Shown piece after piece: positions 22,733 to 35,951 of a stretch of 64,000 nucleotides of DNA. Position numbers and translations under genes: made by a program. Within the stretch, counting starts at the first letter, position 1. Each line of letters begins with the position of its first letter. Under the pieces are notes generated by a model. The model worked only from the letters and a program-made list of their open reading frames with translations. It ran no database searches and was not told the origin of the DNA. Source of the stretch: Camelus dromedarius (lineage: Eukaryota); NCBI RefSeq assembly GCF_036321535.1, contig NC_087437.1:53880001-53944000 (forward strand), given 5' to 3'.

Positions 22733-23744
22733 CTAGTCAAGTTGAAAACCATCATAATATACTGCTTACACCACAAGTCTGAGAAGGAAATAGAAACCTT
22801 CTGGAAGCGCTGTGCCAAAATTCTAATTTTGTTGTTTAACTCACAGTATGTTAGGGCCCAGGGAATATGAGAGATCTGCATTTTATAGGTTGAGAAATAA
22901 AGACTCAGAGAAGGAACATAATTTGCCCAAGTTCACACAACTCTGTCGAGGTGCATGTTTTTGTGATTTATTGAAGATAATGTAGGAGGAACAAAACTCT
23001 AATAATTGAGAGCTAGCACTCTGTCTACTGAACTATCCCACTTGTGAGACTTATTTCCCTGAAACTTGAGCTATAAAACCAAACAGGGACAGGAATGAGT
23101 GATTTCAGTCCATTTCTTTTCTTCTCAAATCAAAACTTTCCCTCTTCACTCCCAAGATTTTGCCCTCAAGGCTTCCAGGACCTACCATCATTCCTGCCAA
23201 CCACACTCCCCAACATTTTCCCCATGGACTGTCTTCTCACTTCTCCTCAGACATATTTTAAAAATGACCATTCTTATTGAACATCCATTAGAAGTGCCAA
23301 GGTCAGAGCACTCTATTTCTAATACCTCAGTTAATCTTCACAACAACACTGAGGCCAGTACTGTTATCCTCATTTAATAAATAGGGAAACTGAGGCTCAC
23401 TGGGTACTGAGATTGAATACCCCAGATGCCACAGCTGGTGACAACAGAGCTGTAAGTCTTACTCCTGAACTCTGCTCTTCAGAACTGAATTTTGTAGTAT
23501 CCCACAATCAATGCCATCTTCTCAAAATCATGTCTTCCCTCTTTCTGCTTCCGTCTCTGGTGACTTAATGTCACTTCTAGACAAGTGAGGGCCATTTTCA
23601 TTGGACCCAATCTGGGATCAGAAAATCTGAGACAGGCAAGGGAATGAAGCCATTGAGTTTAGAGCCAAGAGAGACCTAAATATCTGACTTCCTGGACATT
23701 GTGGGTTGCCTGCTCAGTGTTCATTTTTCATGTTCCCTTAAAAA

Positions 23745-24170
23745 TCATCAATTTTTTTCAGGGATCTACCTTTCTCTCACAAAGCTCACATGTTTCACCT
23801 CCAGCTCCAAAGAAAGGCCTGATTTATCCAAAAGAAATCACATTCCCTTGCCAGTGATTGATTCATAAATGACCATCTGACACAAAGTTGGTCAATGGGA
23901 TATAAAGAGGAGTTTGCAGAGGGCTTCTGGGAAATCCTTTCTCACTTTCCAAGCAGAATTTCCAAAAAGTGACCCTTCTCTATTCTCTGGACAATCCATT
24001 CCTGAGTTTGAAGTCTGGAAAGTCCACAGCTGTCTCGCTAGTAGGCTGAAGATGAAACCTCAGAGGAAGGCAGAGCCAGGGCCACAGGCCTATGTGAACC
24101 CTAGGGTTTACCTTACTGCTGGCCTTGTTATAGACGTGAATAAATTTCCCATATGTTTAAGCCACATGGA
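23745..24170 (+). mobile_element. Old MaLR LTR (MLT1J/K-like)
   Basis: cccttgccagtgattg...gggcttctgggaaa...aataaatttcccatatgtttaagcca. Confidence 0.55.
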
Positions 24171-25499
24171 ATCCAGGGATGAAGACTGAGTCAGGAAGAT
24201 AGTCCAATGGAAACATTATCTAAAAGATAAGGTAGCAGAATATGCTGTGAAGCAATGAGCAATGGGAGAGGAACAAAGATAGCATCACACAGGAGGAGGC
24301 AGGGAATTGAGAGTCTAAGGCAAAACTTAAAGAGATTCCTGAGAATCTGGGGCATTATTTCTGGTGCTGTGTGTTGAGTAACTGATCTGTTGGATATCGG
24401 CTTATTGTGACTCCTGGAATTCTCTTTCTTGTCTCAGCCCAAATCCCAACCACCCTTCAATCAGGGATTGAGAAACGTCAATTTTGAAAACCAGTATGAT
24501 GCCTTCAGTGTTTCTAAATTCCAATTTCCCTTCACAGTGGCAGAGCCCCTGGCTTCTCATTGGACCTGCTCTAATGTTAGACTTTGGGTCTAGACTCCCC
24601 CTTCCTTGTCTTTAGTTGACAGTAGAGCCTTTTTAATGAGGTGGCCCAGAAAATACTGCCCAGTGTCTTCAAATATTAATAAGTTCATTTGTTTCTAAAA
24701 CTTAGGGAGGGTGTCATGAAAATTAATGAGTATGCTGGTGGAAATCAATTGTCTTCTGCAAAAGGTTCTCTGGAGTCATTGTGTAGGAAACTGAATTTTT
24801 TTTTTTTTTTTTGCCTCTGGGATAATATATTTCTAGCTAAAGACTATGTTTTGATTATATTTATGATATAGAAAACGAAGACTTCATAAAAATATTCTGG
24901 TCCTTTGTTTGAAGAAAGATGAAGTTTGAGAAAAATAATCCCAAAGAATGAAAACCCAAAGAAACCACTTCAATCAAATGTTTCTCATAATTTTGGCATG
25001 AGTATTGTATTCCTCTTCAATCTTTGTTATCTTTACACTCTTAACTGAGCTAAGGTAAATTCTTACTGAGCTGGAGACACAGAGCCACGCTCAGAGAGGT
25101 AAAGAGATTTACAGTGGATCTCACAGTACAGTTAGTGGAAGAGATTGCTGATCGGCAGCCCACAATTTTTGCCGTATTACATTGTCTGTCTTTCCTGCTC
25201 TCTCTCTTAAAAAAAGAAAAAAACCCAAAACCCAAACTGGGCATGGTGATAGAAGATAGCAATGTATTCAGTTATTCTCAACAAATTTTCTAATTAAAGT
25301 ATCTTAATTACACAGAGTTAAGAGCACAATCTTTCCCCACTCTGAATCTGCCTTCATCTCGAGTTTATTAGTTTATCAGATGGCATCAGATAGGCTGTAG
25401 GCTTTTTGGAAGTCCAGCTATGAGGAAGGTGAATTGGAGATACATTTAGCCTGTATTGAATGGACCACATCAATGTATTTCACATCTCTGAATTTTTAT

Positions 25500-26590
25500 G
25501 CAGAGAATTGGTAACATTTAAATACACTACTTTAATTGCAATCTGAAAAAAAAATTAGAACATTTCAGTAAATTGAGTGAGAATTTACTGACTATGCATT
25601 TGAACATACATGAAGGATTCCTTGTTTTATCCTTTAAAAAGTTATTTATTGAAGAATTGAAGGAAAATTCAGATAAAAATTAGTAGATGTTTATCATACT
25701 ATTTTTTCAACTTTTTTTGATTGTTTGGAAGTTTTCATAATAAAAATTCAGGGACTTTAAAAAATTAATGGAACACAGATCAACAGTGATTAAGACGAGC
25801 AAGGAAACTGACAGAAATTTTCTGATATTGGGAAGCAAATTGTAACAAAAACAAAAATTACCAAGGGAAGTAATTCATTAAGAGGAAGAGATAACTTTCC
25901 AATCAAACTAGTGAATAGGCTCTTGTATTGTTTGCCAATCCAATTAACAAAGTAAAGTGAATCGTATAAACACATTGGGAAATTTTAAAATATTCTGTAG
26001 ACTTTACCTGGAATGATAATATCAATGAAAGATAATATAAAACTGCTGATATACACTACAACAAGGACATCAGCTACAAACTCATTAATGAGTGGCTTGA
26101 CGCAGAGCATTTAAGATGAGTCACTGTATAAAGAAACCTGAAATGCCCTGAAAACTTCCTGCTCCTACAGGAAAGAAACTCGATAAAAGTTTTCTCTTAT
26201 TTGACAACAATTCTAAAATTCTTCATGGTGTTATTAATAAAAGATTATAAAGCAGAAAGGAACACCCTAAACTATCAGTAATTTTTGAAAAATTTGATTA
26301 ACCATGTTATTAGGAGGAAACTATATTATCTTTCAATTCTCTCAAGGTAAATGATATAACAAAATCAAGTAAAAATCTGATCAAATTTTAAGGAAAAGTA
26401 TTATAGAGATATCAGGTTATGTCATTTTTCTGGATTTTGTGGTTTCTGTTATTTTAAAATTTGTTATTTGTTATGATTTCTTTTTTCATTCTAAATAAAT
26501 ACTTTCTCTCCTAATTTTGTTTTCTTTTGTTTAAAGAGGGCCTGACTATATTTTACAGGCTTCAGGCCCTACCAAACCTCCAGTCCTCTA
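25500..26590 (+). mobile_element. hAT (Tip100/Zaphod-like) transposon remnant with decayed transposase C-terminal domain
   Basis: ~26189-26345 translates, with frameshifts and a stop, as VFSYLTTILKFFMVLLIKDYKAERN..KLSVI...TML...YYLSILS, the hAT dimerisation-domain pattern. Confidence 0.65.
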
Positions 26591-26827
26591 GCAGTAAGAG
26601 TGGGAGAGGTTGATGGGTGGTACTGACTAAAGTGTAGGTGCAAGTTACAGAGCAAAGTGAAAAGAGGGAGCATCTAGGGAGTCAGCAGCACCAAACTGTG
26701 AATGTTGGCTAAGTCAGGTTACATTTGTAAATAGAAGCAAATTGGGTGATTTCCAAAGCCTTGTAATAACAATGTCAATAATAGTTTATACTATTACTGA
26801 GCACTTACTGCATATCATGCATTACAT

Positions 26828-27030
26828 CCAAGGTCACAAATGATGGCCTTCTGATTTGTAAATAAATGTTAATTAGAAAACAGCTACAACTCTTCACTTA
26901 GGTATTATCTATGACTATCTTTGCACAGCAGAGTTGCACAGCAGAGTTGAGTAATCATGACAGACCACATGGTTTGTAAAGTCTAAAATATTTACTATTT
27001 GGCCCCTACAGTAAAAGTGCCAATGTCTGC
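26828..27030 (+). mobile_element. MER58A-like hAT-Charlie
   Basis: tttgtaaataaatgtt...gcagagttgagta...aaagtctaaaatatttactatttggccc. Confidence 0.75.
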
Positions 27031-27049
27031 ACTATGTGGTCACTGACTC

Positions 27050-27611
27050 TGTGGTAGATTGTATTTTCCAAATAAGTCCATAAATATGTGGGTGTTTCCC
27101 AACCCACACGTTCTGATAAAAATGTGACCTTCTTATTCCACTGACACCGAGAGATGGTGCCTACTTGTGTCTGAGTGGGTGGGCCACGTGTCTGTTTGAC
27201 CAATAACATAGAGTGGGAGTGATGCTGTGCCATACCAGGTAGGGCCTCAACTCGCTTGGCAGCTTTGATGTCCTGCCTGTGAAGGCCAGCCAACATGTAA
27301 GAAGAGAAACTACCTGAGAACATTATGTTGTGAGAAGCTTAAACCTCATGGAGAGGTCCCTACAGATAAGATGGCATGTGGAAAGAGAAAACAAGGATTA
27401 TGGGGGTACCAGACTTGGGAGTGAAGAAGCCACTTGGACGTAGATCCTCCAGTCCCAGTTGCCCTGCTGATACTATGTGGATCAGACACAGACTACCCAA
27501 ATAAGACCTTCTGGAATTTCTGACCCACAGGGTCATTAGACATAATATAATGGTTGTTTTTATCCATTAAGTTTGGGGTAATTTGTTATGCATCAATAGA
27601 TAATTGAAACA
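27050..27611 (+). mobile_element. MaLR solo LTR (MLT1E/F/G-like)
   Basis: Starts tgtggtag, ends taagtttggggtaatttgttatgcatcaatagataattgaaaca. TSD gactc/gcctc. Confidence 0.8.
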
Positions 27612-28004
27612 GCCTCATATAATCCTCATCACTGACCAAGGAGATATGAATTATTAGTCCCGATTTATGTGTACAGAATTAAAGCTTAAAGAAGACAAAT
27701 TATTTGCCCCATGATGTTACACTGATGATAAATGACAGAGCCAGAGTTCAAACCTGAGTCTGCCAAAATTGACATTCTGTGTGCTGAAAGCTGGCAAAGA
27801 GACAGGAGTCAAGTAAGAGGCTCCTGAGAAAGTCACAGTCCCAGCCCTAGAAGAACTATATTAAAGAGGGAGTTTTCAGTACCCAGCTTCCACAAATCAG
27901 AGCAAACTAATTTTGTGCCAAACATTGGTTCCTTGGCAATTCATCTGACAGCATTTCTTTTTCATCCATGATACGTTTTTATTCTCTTCCAAGGCATTTT
28001 GCTT

Positions 28005-28460
28005 TCTTTTTAAACAGATTTATTGAGGTATAAAACACACACCATAAACGTTACCCATTATAAGTATGCAGTTAAGTGATTTTTAGTAAATTTACACAGT
28101 TGTGCAACCACCACCATAATCCATTTTAGAACATTTCCAAATGTTTTAAATATTCCAGACGAACATTTCCTAAAAAAGTCCCTCATGCCAGATTGTGGTC
28201 AATCCCCATTCCAACAGCTAGCCCCTAGCAACCACTGATCTGCAGTCTGTCTCTACAAGTTTGCCTATTCTAAAAGTGTCATATAAATGGAAGTATGTGA
28301 TATATGGTGTGTTGTGTTTGGCTTCTTTCATTTAGCATTCATCAGTAGTTTGTTCCTTTTAATTGCCATAAAGTATTCCATTGTATGGATATATCACATT
28401 TTTAAAAATACATTTACCAGTTGATGAACATATGAATTGGTTCCAATTTTGGATTGCATT
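28005..28460 (-). mobile_element. L1M (MB/MC-type) 3' end
   Basis: tttattgaggtata...gatttttagtaaatttacacagttgtgcaaccaccacc...ttttagaacatttcc. Confidence 0.8.
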
Positions 28461-28739
28461 AATGGTGGCATTTAGTCAATGTTTGATTGCTTAAGACTCA
28501 TAGGAACTCAAATGACAATACTTAAAATCGATGGTTCATTGCAGGAAAAGGATACAAGAACATAGCCACATTATTCAACATAGACCTCAAACACTTCCTA
28601 CGACGTTCCTCAGAGTCAAGAAGTTTGCCCAGAAAGGCTGAAGGAATCTAAAGTGATTATTTTGAATCCAAAGAATCTATCCTCCTGACCTTACAGACAG
28701 GACCCAAAAGTCTCCTGCTTCAACCTCTAGGAGGCAGTT

Positions 28740-29200
28740 TGAAAATAAAAAAATACTACCCAAATGAGGACAAATGAAGGCTGTTTATTCATTAGCAAAA
28801 GAGTCAGCTATCATCATCATGTGCTGGCAAAAACTCAAAAACAGAGACGAGAATGTAAAAACTTTACAGTGGAAAAAAGGGGAGGCTTCAGGTATTCCCT
28901 GATTAGAGTTCATTGGCATGGAGAAGCTGAAGGAGGGCTAATCAGAAGAGGGGCATTCTATGTGACTGTTTAGGGGAGCATATTTGGTTTTCTCTGATTG
29001 GTCCTAAGTTGGAAGCAGGGAGAGAGTGGGGAAAATTAGGGAAACTGGCAATTTTTGACCAGGTCCTGACCACTCTGGGTCCAATTGCTGCAGAGGATGT
29101 GGTTTGGTTTCCCAGGCTGGTTGTTGCCGAGGTTGTGGGTCAGAGTTCTATTTTTCCATGTGGTCAGCCCACTGACCATCTGCATATTCAGTCTCTCAAG
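28740..29200 (-). mobile_element. ERV LTR, family uncertain
   Basis: Reverse-strand AATAAA (tttatt near 28784) and several reverse CCAAT boxes (attgg) in LTR-like order. Confidence 0.5.
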
Positions 29201-29409
29201 GGCCAGTCTGCTCCCAGAGTTCCCTCCATCTAACTCCATGTAGGTTCCCAGGCAACTATTCTACAGTGCAGTAGAAGTGAAAGGCATTTGGTGTCCAAAG
29301 ACCTAGTTCTACGCCATTAAAAAAAAAATCACTGCACTTCTGAAACATGTTCTCTGCACACAGAATGAGCATAAAGATAGTAACACTTGCCCTTTTACTT
29401 TGTAGGGTT

Positions 29410-29891
29410 TGTGATAGATTGCACTAGGGTCCCCGATTTTTTTATCCATCCCCTATCTATGCCCTTTGCCATAGTTTTGTAGTTTCCCCCTCAAAAGGGG
29501 AAGAGGATGTTTCCCCACCCCATGACTCTGAGTTCAGCCATATAACTTACTTAGGTCAAAAAAATAAGAAAAAGAAGTGGCAGGATGTCAGTTCTGAGCA
29601 TCAGCTCTCAAGAGGCTTTGTGTGTTTCTACTCATTTTCATGAGCTTCCCCCAACACCATGAGCACATCATGCCCAAGCTGGCTCACTGGTCCCACAAAG
29701 TGGAGCAGAGTCAACCTGTCCCAGCTGAGCCATTCTATGTCCACTGACCCCCAGTCAACCTCTAGACCGATGAGCAAGCCCAGCTTAGGTGAGCAGGGCC
29801 ACCCAACTGAGCCCTGCTCTGTGAGAATAAATGATTGTGTTTTTAAACCACTAAGATTCTGGGTGGTTTCTTAGGTAGCAAAACCTAATAC
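29410..29891 (+). mobile_element. MaLR LTR (MLT1H-like)
   Basis: tgtgatagattgc...gagaataaatgattgtgtttttaaaccactaagattctgggtggtttcttaggtagcaaaacctaataca. Confidence 0.75.
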
Positions 29892-32800
29892 ATATAGGGT
29901 TGTCATGTCAATCAAATAAAATAATGGATGTGGAAGTTTTTTGAAACCATAATCTACTCTGAAAAATGTACTACCCATAGTTGTTTTTTTTTTAATTCCC
30001 ACATTGACCTTATTTTCAGTTATTTGTAAAGTTAATGTCAATGAAGTAGTAGCTGGCAAGGTTTAAGTTACACTCTTCTATGAGGTATTTAGCCATATAT
30101 TTATTCTCTAAATATTTTTGAACATCAGTTATGTGTTCTGTAGAATACAGAAAGGCTTTTAAATGCAAAGAAACATCTCTCTAGCAGAGAACTTTCAGAC
30201 ACTGAAAAGATATGGAGTGAGTGTCACAGGAAAGATATGAACTTTGAAGTAGTGGGTCAGCCACTGGTCCCCCTCATCCAATGGTGGCCACCTGTTCTGC
30301 ATCCTACTCCCCTTTAAAAGCAAAGAAAGAGCCAAAGCCCTCTCCCTAGGTGGTAGAAAGCATAGAATTCCTTGGAGAGTAAAACAAGAGTAGAACTACT
30401 GCCATTTAGAAAGGACTAGGGAAGAGGGTCTCACTGCACCCAAGGCTGAGAGCCCAGGGAAATGACTGGAGAACCTTGTCTCGTCCTTGTCATTTACATC
30501 TTCTGAAATCAAAACATCTCTTCAAAGGTCTGCTCCAACTCCACCTCCTCCAAGCTGACTTCTTTTCCAAGACCTCACAGGTAATATACATATTTTTTCT
30601 TCACATCTGGGACAACTTTCCTTTGGTATCTCTACCTTGGCCTCATACTCCACTACTTTCACAAAGACATGAGCCTACTGAACTAGTTGGGTTTGGCTTG
30701 GAATGGCTGTGGCAATCAGTGCAGCCTAAGGCAGAAGAGACTAGCACAATGCAAAGGTAAGGATGAGGGAAATTGGGCATGAAGAAGCTGGTCTTCATAA
30801 TAACTCTTGGGGGAACCGGGAGGTCAGAGAGTAGGCTGAGACCACCATGGACTACATCAGGGTCTTAGAAAGAATTTATCTCTGGCTAGGAATTCAAGGG
30901 CCACACTTAACTTGAAAAAGCTTACCTTCTGCCCAAAGTCTTAGGTTTTTTAAGTGACCTAGGTCCAGCCAGGTGGGGCCCTAAGGTCACGTTCCTTGGA
31001 TGTTTAAATCAGATCTTAAATTTTCTTGAAGCCAAACTTCATTTTAGATGACTTGTGTTTGTGTTATGATACAATTTAAAACATTGGTTTTACCTAACAA
31101 TTCAATTTAATTACCAAATTTTAAAAAAGGGATTTCTGCAGATCCTCAGAATTTTGAAAGGCATTACAAATACAGTGAGTGGTTTGTGGCTGTGGCAGTT
31201 GTTATTAAAGAATCAATTCACTTATGATGATTTTGATAGGAGAGAAATATGCAGATAAATCCACTTTAACTTAACTATGGAAATGATCTTTTTCAATAAT
31301 AAAAGTGAATCAGACAGATTTTTAAACTGCCTGAAATATTTTGAAATGAATTGGATTCTTTTAGGGTAAATCAGTAATTTACCATTTGATCTTGAGTAGT
31401 TGTATATATGTGTCTAACTCATCCAGTAGTTTCTATTCTCTGAAAGATCAGGAATTGTCTCATTTCTATGTGTATCTCCTCTATGGCTAGTACAGTGCCT
31501 AGCACACAATGAGAACTCAGAAAATATTTTTGCTGTCTTGAAGGGTTATCAGCAGCAGCTTTACATATACAATTCATTTACTCCTTGAAACGATTTTGCA
31601 AAACATTACCATCCTAGTTTCCACAGAGGAAGGAACTAAGCCTAAGAGAGGGCGATTTGCCCAAGATGGTACTATTAGTAAATGGCAAGATCAGGATTCA
31701 ATCCTGGCCTGCTTTCTATAGAGTCCTTCTTTTTAGACAGAGAAACAGGACACAAAAATGATTAAACACAAGGCTTTCATTGCTATCCCACTGTTGTGAA
31801 TTTCACTCATTTCTCTCCTTTTCATTCCATTGACTTATCATATTAGGCTCTTCAATTACAGCTGTCAACTTCCTCCCACAATTGCTCTGTGTTCTGGGCT
31901 GTAATTGCTCCTCACAGAACCTGAGCCCACACGCCTACAATTTTCCTATCAGCTAAGCAGCTGACTCCCTCCAAGGGACCATGGCTAATGCAGCCCGCAG
32001 AAGTGCATGCTCCTGTGATTACTGCCATTTTCCACTTTAGTTATCCCAAAAGAAGTGCTGTGCTGGAGTGCCTTTTAAGTAATGCATAGTGACAACATTC
32101 TGATATGGGTAGGTGGCCAAGAATCATTATCCCCCATGTTATTATTTGAGAAATGGTACCTTCAAAGTGGGAGCTGACATATTCACTCACACGATTGGGA
32201 AAGGATGCAAAGGTAAGTCCCTCAGGTATTGAGATCCATTTCCTTCCTTAAAGCTAAGAGCACAAGGCTCTTTCCTAGATAATAAATTAAGCCTCTATTT
32301 AAGATGGGTCAAAAGCTTCAGCTAATAAACTACCAGCTTGTCCAAGAAAAGAGTAGTTCAGAAATAAAGGATTCCTCCAATTTATTCTGTATAAGAATGC
32401 CTGAAATTCATTTCAAAAGAACAGGCAGGTCACAGAACCTGAGAACTAAGAGGGCCTTGTACAGATGGGAGAACTGGGGTCTAAAGAGGGAATAGGACTT
32501 GGCCACGTCACTCAGCAAGTGAATGATGGCAAGAGCCAGATTTTAAGATTTCTAGACAAGGGCCTTCTTTGCCTTGGTTAAACTGGGGGTGAAGGAGAGG
32601 AATGATGCCACTTCTACATTCAGTCTCCTGGGAGCTTCTGACAGGGGCAGTTATAGAAACCCCAGGTCCCTGGGATAGGGTTTCCTGCCACTGGTAACAT
32701 CTCATTTCTAACACATCCTTGACCAGAGTGTAGTTAAGAAATTCTCGCCAAGAAAGCCAAACACTGCTGAAGAGATAAACAAACAAAAAACTCTGAAAGG

Positions 32801-33739
32801 GCTACTGAATGTGCTTGAGGTGGAGCCCACTCTCTGCACCCCAGTACTGAGAGAAGCTGGTCAAGTTCAAGAAGCTGATTATAGGAACCTGAGTAGCTTC
32901 TGGGAGAGCTGAAGGGATCAAGTGCAAGGATTTTCCCAATCAACTTGAAACCCAGGGCACCTAATCACTATCATGAAGAAAGGGGCTCCCTTTCCTGGGG
33001 GGTTAACTCAAAGCAGGGAGCTAGAGAAAAGGCTGAGAAACAAGGCAGGGACATTACGGAGTGAGCAACGGTCTGAGGGCTCTGCCTGGCATCTAGCAAA
33101 GACAAAGCTGAACCAACACAATAACCACCTAAATAGCAGCATGACTAAACTTCACAGAGCACTCTTCTTGTGCCAGACACTTTTCGAATTGTTCTACATA
33201 CATTATCTCATTTGATGCCCACATCAGCCGTATAACAAGAATTCGAGAATGTGGGAGGGCCACTTTCAAAAGTTCTGGGAAAGGATTATTATAAATGAAG
33301 ACTCTCCAATTAATAACATTTCACAAGAGACCAGGGCTTTTTTGGATCCCCACAACCTCTCTATGCATGTATAAATAACGTTTTTAATACATCTTACTTT
33401 GAGCTGGGGGAAATTGCAAGTTTCATGGGTCAAAAAATGGTCAAATAGCAGAAATGTCATATGGTTCAAACTCGTATATAAAATATGTGTTCTTTATGGG
33501 AAGTAAGTAAAAAAATAACAGGCAAATAAAATAGAGTGGGATATGTACTACATAAGGAGTAAGCATTGTGCACTCTGGGAAAAAAAAAAAAAACACAAAG
33601 GAGGGTTCTAGGCAAGTTTGCAGTGGAGGAGAGCAGTAGGGGGAGACTTCTAAGAGGAAATGTTGGGACCTGAAGGACAACAGAGAAGAGTAAAGCAGGT
33701 TAATCATCATGAACCTGACTCAGTAAGTCAGGGAGGCTT

Positions 33740-35525
33740 TAGGTCATGATAAAGCAACAGATGCAGGACTTGCACTATCACTGTAAACAAGGAGAAAACT
33801 GCGACAAATATATGAAGAAAACCCACTTTCATAGATTCAACGACAGACATCACGAGATCATAATCACTGGGAGTAGGAAAATAAACAGATGAGTCCTTCA
33901 AGTGATTAAAATCAGTAAGTTTTTAAAGATGAAAGAGTATATTCTCTGTATAGAATTAAATTAGAATTAAAAATAGAAAGAATCTGAAAAATAAAAAACT
34001 TCATTTTAAGTAACTCTTGGGTAAAAAAGGAAATCCCAAGGGGAATTAAAAAATATTTTGAACTGAATGAAAATAGAAACACAACATATCAAAACTTACG
34101 AGATGCAGTTAAAGCAATGCTAAGGGAAGATGTATAACTTTAAATGGTTATATTAGAAAATAATCAAATCAAATCAATGATTTAAACTTTCATATTTAAA
34201 AGCTACAAAAAGATGAGACAATGAAATCCAATGTAAGTGAAAGAGTGAAATAATAGAAATAAAAGCAAAAATCAACCAAATAGAGAATGTACAAATAATG
34301 GAGAAAATCAATAAACCAAAAGCTGATTCTTTAAATGTCTCACCATGGGCTACAGGTAGAAGCCCACGGATGGGAGTAACTCACAAAAGAGGTCTGCTCA
34401 GTGGAGTATGTACTGGCTGCAGAGGTGCCACTTGATGTGTCACCATTTCGAACACCTGTGACCAACATTTCAATGAAACTAATAACTCCTATCTAAACTC
34501 ATCAAAGAAACAAGGGAGAAGACACAAATTATTATCAAGAATGAGAGAAGGGGCATTATTACAGAGTCTACAGTTACTAAAAAGAATAGTAAGAACTATT
34601 ATGAACACCTTTTTGTCAACAAATTCAACATCTGATATGAAATGGAAGAGTCCTTTGAAAAACAACAAACAACCAAAACTGACCTAAAGAGGAAAGAGAA
34701 ATTCTAAATAGACCCATATCTACAGAAACAATTGGATTTCTTACCAAAAAATTCCAAGAAGAAAAATCTCAGCCCAGGTGACTTCTCTGGTGAATTCTTT
34801 CAAACATCTAAGGAAGAAAGAATAACAATTCTACATAATACATTGCAGAAAATAGGGAAGGCAATAATATACTGCCCTGCCACTAGACAAAGACATTAAA
34901 AGAAAACACCAGCAGCACTATTTGGATCCTGCCTGCCTCGCAGAGCCTTGTACCTGCAATTTCAAGAGAAATAAAAACATATATCCATAAAAATGGTTAA
35001 ACATGTGGCACAAAAATGTACACAAATATTTAAAGAATATTTGTTTATAGTAAATAAAAACTGGTAAGAATCAGGATATGCATTAGCAGGAGAAAGTAAT
35101 AAACAAATTCTGGTATATACACATGGTGGAAAACTACTCAGAAATAAAAAGAAATAAATTGAAATAAATTGAAGATGGATGCAACAACATCAATTAATCT
35201 AAAAAGAAAATATTACACCGAGTAAAAGGAGTCAGACACAAAAGAAGGTATTTGTAAATTCCATTTTTATAAAAATTTAGAATATGTAAAACTAATCAAT
35301 ATTGTAGAAAGTAGATCAGTGGTTACATGAGGGCAGTTATGAAGGTGACTGACGATAAAGAAGGGTGAAGAAACTTACTTGGTGGTGGATACAGTCTATT
35401 TCTTAATCAGGGTAATATTTCAAATGTATATGCCACTGTAAAAACTCATCAAACCATACAGTTAAAATGGCTATGTTTTTTATTACATGAAAATTATATC
35501 TCAATAGAATTCAACTGAAAAAAAT
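33740..35525 (+). mobile_element. Fragmented old L1 (ORF2 remnants + 3' end)
   Basis: gaactgaatgaaaatagaaacacaacatatcaaaactta...gcagttaaagcaatgctaaggg and ttctctggtgaattctttcaaacatctaaggaagaa are L1 ORF2 motifs. Confidence 0.8.
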
Positions 35526-35715
35526 TAAGTCAGAGAAATGGGTAGAGATGAAGAAATGAGGGAGAATGTTATCAAGGTCGTCTCTAATGTTTCAATGGGA
35601 GCAACTTGATAGGCGGTGGTTCCCCTCACTATTGCGAAAAGAAATGCTGGAACAGAGCCAGATTTGAGAGAAGGAGGATGCTGATAGAACAGTACTGAAA
35701 TGTTGAATTAAAGGG

Positions 35716-35924
35716 CAGTGGTGCTCTGTAAACCATTTCCCAGAGGGAGAGGGAATAGATGCAGAGCCCTGACTTGCAACATTTTCTGATTTTCATGATG
35801 TGGATACTTCCATCATGTCTGATTTCAAACTACCAGTGGTTTAACAACCAGCTTTAAAAAAAACCATGGAAATTTAATGATAGGTTCCTGTGATACAGAA
35901 AGAGCCAGCTCTGGCATGCCACTG
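35716..35924 (-). mobile_element. MER63-like hAT-Blackjack MITE
   Basis: cagtgg...ccactg termini; internal tttaacaaccagc and gagccagctctggcatgccactg. Confidence 0.7.
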
Positions 35925-35951
35925 CCTGACTCATCAAAACAAATATGTGAA